From: a virus
Taxonomy: Duplodnaviria > Caudoviricetes
IMG/VR virus record: IMGVR_UViG_2162886008_000001
Location: 1-62,919 of that record
DNA length: 62,919 bases
Reading direction: 5' to 3' (one strand)
Shown: piece after piece, positions 59,805 through 62,919 of the stretch
How positions within the stretch are numbered: position 1 is the first letter of the stretch
How the letters are laid out: each line of letters starts with the position of its first letter
Translations under genes and position numbers: made by a program
The notes under the pieces: model-generated
Told to the model about the DNA's origin: nothing
Seen by the model: the letters and a program-made list of their open reading frames with translations, nothing else
The model's database searches: none

Positions 59805-60266
59805 GTGCAATTAATGAATGATTTAAATTTGAGGCTACTAGCTAACAGAAACTTCGCCCCCTTATACACATTATCTGGAGTAATAGGCACATTGGTTTCT
59901 TATGCATTTGGAGGATGGAGCGGTATGTTAGAGATTTTGCTGTGGGCATTTGTTGTTGATTACGTTTCTGGAGTGGCAGCAAGCATAAAATCTGGAAGGG
60001 GTTTAAAGAGCAGTATTGGATTTTGGGGTCTAATAAAAAAGGGGTTAATGCTCTTAATGGTGTTATTGGCACACAGAATCGATCTAGCGATGAATCTAAA
60101 TTATGTGATGAATGGATCAATCTGTTTCTGGTTAGCAAACGAAGGTGTTTCAATTACTGAAAATTATGGGCGCCTTGGGCTTAAAATTCCATCTGTGTTT
60201 AAAAAAATATTTACCATATTTCAGGAACAGTCTGAATCATCAAATACAAATGGTGATGAAAAATAA
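59805..60266 (+). CDS. Holin (toxin secretion/phage lysis family)
   Basis: FGGW, DYVSG, SSIGFWGL.KK, ANEG.SI.ENYGRLG..IP. Confidence 0.9.
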   Translation: MQLMNDLNLRLLANRNFAPLYTLSGVIGTLVSYAFGGWSGMLEILLWAFVVDYVSGVAASIKSGRGLKSSIGFWGLIKKGLMLLMVLLAHRIDLAMNLNYVMNGSICFWLANEGVSITENYGRLGLKIPSVFKKIFTIFQEQSESSNTNGDEK

Positions 60267-60361
60267 AAGGACAAACATTATTGTATCAACCTGCTAGAGT
60301 TTCCACAGTAACATTGTCCCAGTAATAATTTAACCAATTATTGATAAGGAGTAAATTAGAA

Positions 60362-61114
60362 ATGTCATATACTCGTGAACAATTCATTGAAAAATTAGCC
60401 CCATATGCTATTGAAGATCGCAAGTTAACAGGTGTTCCGGCCTCTCTTACCATTGCTCAAGGCTGTTTGGAGTCAGCTAATGGTAATAGTGGGCTTTCAA
60501 TAAAAGCGAATAATCTATTCGGAATCAAAGGTAAAGGCTCTTGTGGAAGTGCAACAATGCCAACAACAGAGTATGTGAATGGTAAAGCTATTAAAGTTGA
60601 TGCTGCATTCAGAGCTTATAATAACTGGGGTGAATCAGTAAGCGACCATTCTTCCTTACTCACTCGACTAAGCAGATATAAGAATGTGCTTAATACAGAT
60701 GGTAAAACGGCAGCAATTGAGATTCAAAAAGCCGGATATGCTTCCGATCCAAATTACAGTAAATTATTGATTAGCATCATGGATAAATATAATCTATATC
60801 AATATGACAAGCTTGAAGAAGAAAAGCAGGTATCGGAAATTCCACCAGTAAAGGTAATTTTCACTGTAGATAATGAGTTTGTCGATGGATTTATGAAGGA
60901 CAATTTGAACTATGTTCCTGTTTCTCTTCTTTCTACAAAACTGGGTGATACAGTTGAGTGGAAAAATGAAATTAAACAGTTGTATGTTAACGGGAAATTA
61001 GTTGATGCACTAATGAAGGATAACATTAACTTTGTCTCTGCTCAAACAATTAAAGTTCTTGGTCATAAAGTTACTTGGGACAATGAGGCGAAGAATTTAT
61101 ACATAAGTAAATAA
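60362..61114 (+). CDS. Endolysin, GH73 glucosaminidase with C-terminal binding repeats
   Basis: SLTIAQ..LES, NNLFGIKG, FRAY, GYASDPNY..LLI. Confidence 0.92.
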   Translation: MSYTREQFIEKLAPYAIEDRKLTGVPASLTIAQGCLESANGNSGLSIKANNLFGIKGKGSCGSATMPTTEYVNGKAIKVDAAFRAYNNWGESVSDHSSLLTRLSRYKNVLNTDGKTAAIEIQKAGYASDPNYSKLLISIMDKYNLYQYDKLEEEKQVSEIPPVKVIFTVDNEFVDGFMKDNLNYVPVSLLSTKLGDTVEWKNEIKQLYVNGKLVDALMKDNINFVSAQTIKVLGHKVTWDNEAKNLYISK

Positions 61115-61137
61115 TAAAGAAATGCAGGAGTATATTA

Positions 61138-61545
61138 ATGATGCAGAATTATTATATCATTATTGGAGTTGTTATTTTTGTTCTTGTTGTTGGATTCGTG
61201 GCTATGCCATATGCAAAGACTAAAGGTTGGCTAAGTAGAAAGATTGCTTCCCACTTTGCTACTAAAGTTGATAGTGGTATTAATATTGTGCAAGCTGTTA
61301 TCAGGGCTATCGAATTAAAGAATGTGAATGTTAAAGCTATGAGTGCTGTTTTAGATATCGCTGACATTGCTACCGATTTTGTAGTTTTAGTTATAGAGTC
61401 CGAAGACAATAATGAGAAAGTGAAAATATCTAGAGGTGTTGTATATAAGGTGTTTGATGAACTTGGCATCACTCCTACAGAAGCGCAACACAACCTAATC
61501 GATATTGTAATTAAAGAAGGCGTGGAGTTTCTACAAAATAAATGA
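61138..61545 (+). CDS. Single-TM membrane protein, possible second holin
   Basis: N-terminal TM; C-terminal I...I.EGV pattern; follows the endolysin. Confidence 0.55.
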   Translation: MMQNYYIIIGVVIFVLVVGFVAMPYAKTKGWLSRKIASHFATKVDSGINIVQAVIRAIELKNVNVKAMSAVLDIADIATDFVVLVIESEDNNEKVKISRGVVYKVFDELGITPTEAQHNLIDIVIKEGVEFLQNK

Positions 61546-61550
61546 CAAAT

Positions 61551-61598
61551 AACCCTCTTATGGAATTAGTCCAAAAAGAGGGTTGTTTTTTTCTTTTT
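61551..61598 (+). terminator. Terminator closing the lysis module
   Basis: AACCCTCTT..AAGAGGGTT followed by a long T-run. Confidence 0.7.
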
Positions 61599-62015
61599 CA
61601 GTGGTTAAGAAAAATCTAGTGATATGAATATAAAGATAAAAATAGATATTGTAAAATAATTAATTGAATGATATGCTACAGTCATACCACAATATATAGA
61701 GAATAAAAAATGAAGGGATTTAGTGTTTCAGAGGATGAAGCCAGAATAGAGTAGAATTCCATTAACCCGTAAACAAGAGATTCATGGACGAGACAAGAAG
61801 ATTAGTATAAGAAATTGTCCAAACTGCAAGGGTAGGATGCTGAAATGATTCTTAGAGAAAAATAAGAAAAATGAAGAGTTCATAAAGTCGTTAGCAAGTA
61901 AAAAGATTCATGAATACAAAAGTGAACAATACATAAGTAAATTTTCGGTTTATCAACACAGTTATTAAAACTAAAAATAGGCATTTAATTTTAAAAAACT
62001 AGAAGGAGAATATTT

Positions 62016-62225
62016 ATGGATGGAAAAACACTAGACAGAAAAGTAGTTAAAAGATTAAGAGATTTACCTGAAATGATGAATGCCGAAGACATACAAAACT
62101 TTTTGGGACTGTGTAAAAATTCAACATATAATCTTCTTAACTCTGGTCAATTCCATAGTGTACGAGTCGGCAGATTATATAAAATCCAAAAAAGAAACTT
62201 TGTGAGATGGTTTTTGGGGGGCTAA
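62016..62225 (+). CDS. Excisionase-like HTH_17 protein
   Basis: LPEMM...DIQ.FLG..KN.TY.LL..G.F...RVGR..KI; adjacent to the att region. Confidence 0.8.
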   Translation: MDGKTLDRKVVKRLRDLPEMMNAEDIQNFLGLCKNSTYNLLNSGQFHSVRVGRLYKIQKRNFVRWFLGG

Positions 62226-62285
62226 TGATGCCTCTTATATCTTAGTAAAAAAGTTGCACTATAGAAACAAAATTGGTCAATAATG

Positions 62286-62308
62286 TGTGCCCCCCAATGT
62301 GCCCCCCA
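62286..62308 (+). repeat. Tandem TGTGCCCCCCA x2, candidate integrase arm-type sites
   Basis: Exact 11-mer at 62286 and 62298, about 115 bp from the tRNA 3' end. Confidence 0.6.
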
Positions 62309-62422
62309 CAAATATTTCGTAAGGTAATTAATCATTTGAAAAATTGAGAAAACGAATCTGGACAAACAAAAAACCCTTATGAATCAAGGGCTTTTTGAGT
62401 GAGATATGTTCAGCGTATCGTA

Positions 62423-62494
62423 TAGGACGGATGGGGATCGAACCCATGACCCCTACCCTGTCAAGATAGTGCTCTCCCGCTGAGCTACCGTCCT
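62423..62494 (-). tRNA. tRNA-Val (GAC), no encoded CCA; probable att site
   Basis: AGGACGG/CCGTCCT acceptor stem, TAGCTCAG D arm, CTATC-TTGACAG-GGTAG anticodon arm, GGTTCGATCC T arm. Confidence 0.95.
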
Positions 62495-62899
62495 GCAACA
62501 AAAAATATCTTATCATATATTCAGCGGTTAATGCAACAGTTTTTTTATTCTTTGTGAAATGGTGAAAATTTCGCTTCCTGATATTTTCAAAACCCTTGCA
62601 ATCTGATACATTAGGGTCTGTTGAAACGATGCTTGTTCGGATGAGCAGGCATAGTTATCGGGCAAACTATGTAAGATGTGAGTGAATTATCCGTGTAACC
62701 GGGGAAGCGTGATGAGTCACGAATTTTAAGGCTTTTTTGCGTGTGAAATGTGACACATGTGGCAGTAAGGAGTCCTGCAATATGTTTGAATTAATAAATG
62801 CAGAATCCTGAATAAATATCAGTCCCGGGTAAGGAATCATCCGAACGGGAATAGATGGACAAGACCTGACAGGCGGGCCAATTAACGGGAGGGAATTAA

Positions 62900-62919
62900 A
62901 TGAGTAATCTGGAAGAAAT
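62900..62919 (+). CDS. Start of a probable host gene (truncated by the window)
   Basis: GGGAGGG RBS then ATG AGT AAT CTG GAA GAA. Confidence 0.35.

Larger units (their letters stand above)
1..62423. mobile_element. SPbeta-like prophage (right part; left end outside the window), integrated at the 3' end of tRNA-Val
   Basis: YonO-like RNAP, YonK, terminase-portal-capsid-tail-lysis order, and an Xis-like gene beside a tRNA 3' end; sequence appears less AT-rich beyond the tRNA. Confidence 0.93.

Noticed and set aside
62328-62516. 62-aa minus-strand ORF
   Set aside because: Overlaps the tRNA-Val gene; spurious

Overview
Almost the whole window (about 1-62420) is the right-hand part of a large, AT-rich, SPbeta-like prophage of a Bacillota host (Paenibacillus-like; host is my inference). 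It ends at the 3' end of a tRNA-Val(GAC) gene. From left to right: (i) a 3-kb array of type I toxin-antitoxin-like loci interleaved with small membrane-peptide and HTH/RHH genes, mostly missed by the ORF track; (ii) a putative replication initiator followed by four 22-bp-phased iterons; (iii) a YonO-type single-subunit RNA polymerase; (iv) PhoH, YonK and a metallophosphoesterase; (v) the packaging and head module, in which the large terminase is frameshifted after codon 31; (vi) a sheath-less tail module with three glycosyltransferase genes placed directly after the tail-tube gene; (vii) a 2348-aa tape measure with an NlpC/P60 domain, then a large Tal/spike protein; (viii) a 6.3-kb moron island (ankyrin protein, Rha/ANT antirepressor, Mrr-type nuclease, lipoprotein, PIN toxin pair); (ix) PAAR-like and Dit-like genes and an array of discoidin/SPRY proteins sharing scaffold motifs; (x) lysis genes, an excisionase-like gene and the att region. 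The best candidates for undescribed biology are the tail-embedded glycosyltransferase trio, the modular adhesin array and the repeated toxin/antisense + membrane peptide + HTH cassette. All product calls come from motif recognition and synteny by eye; no searches were run.
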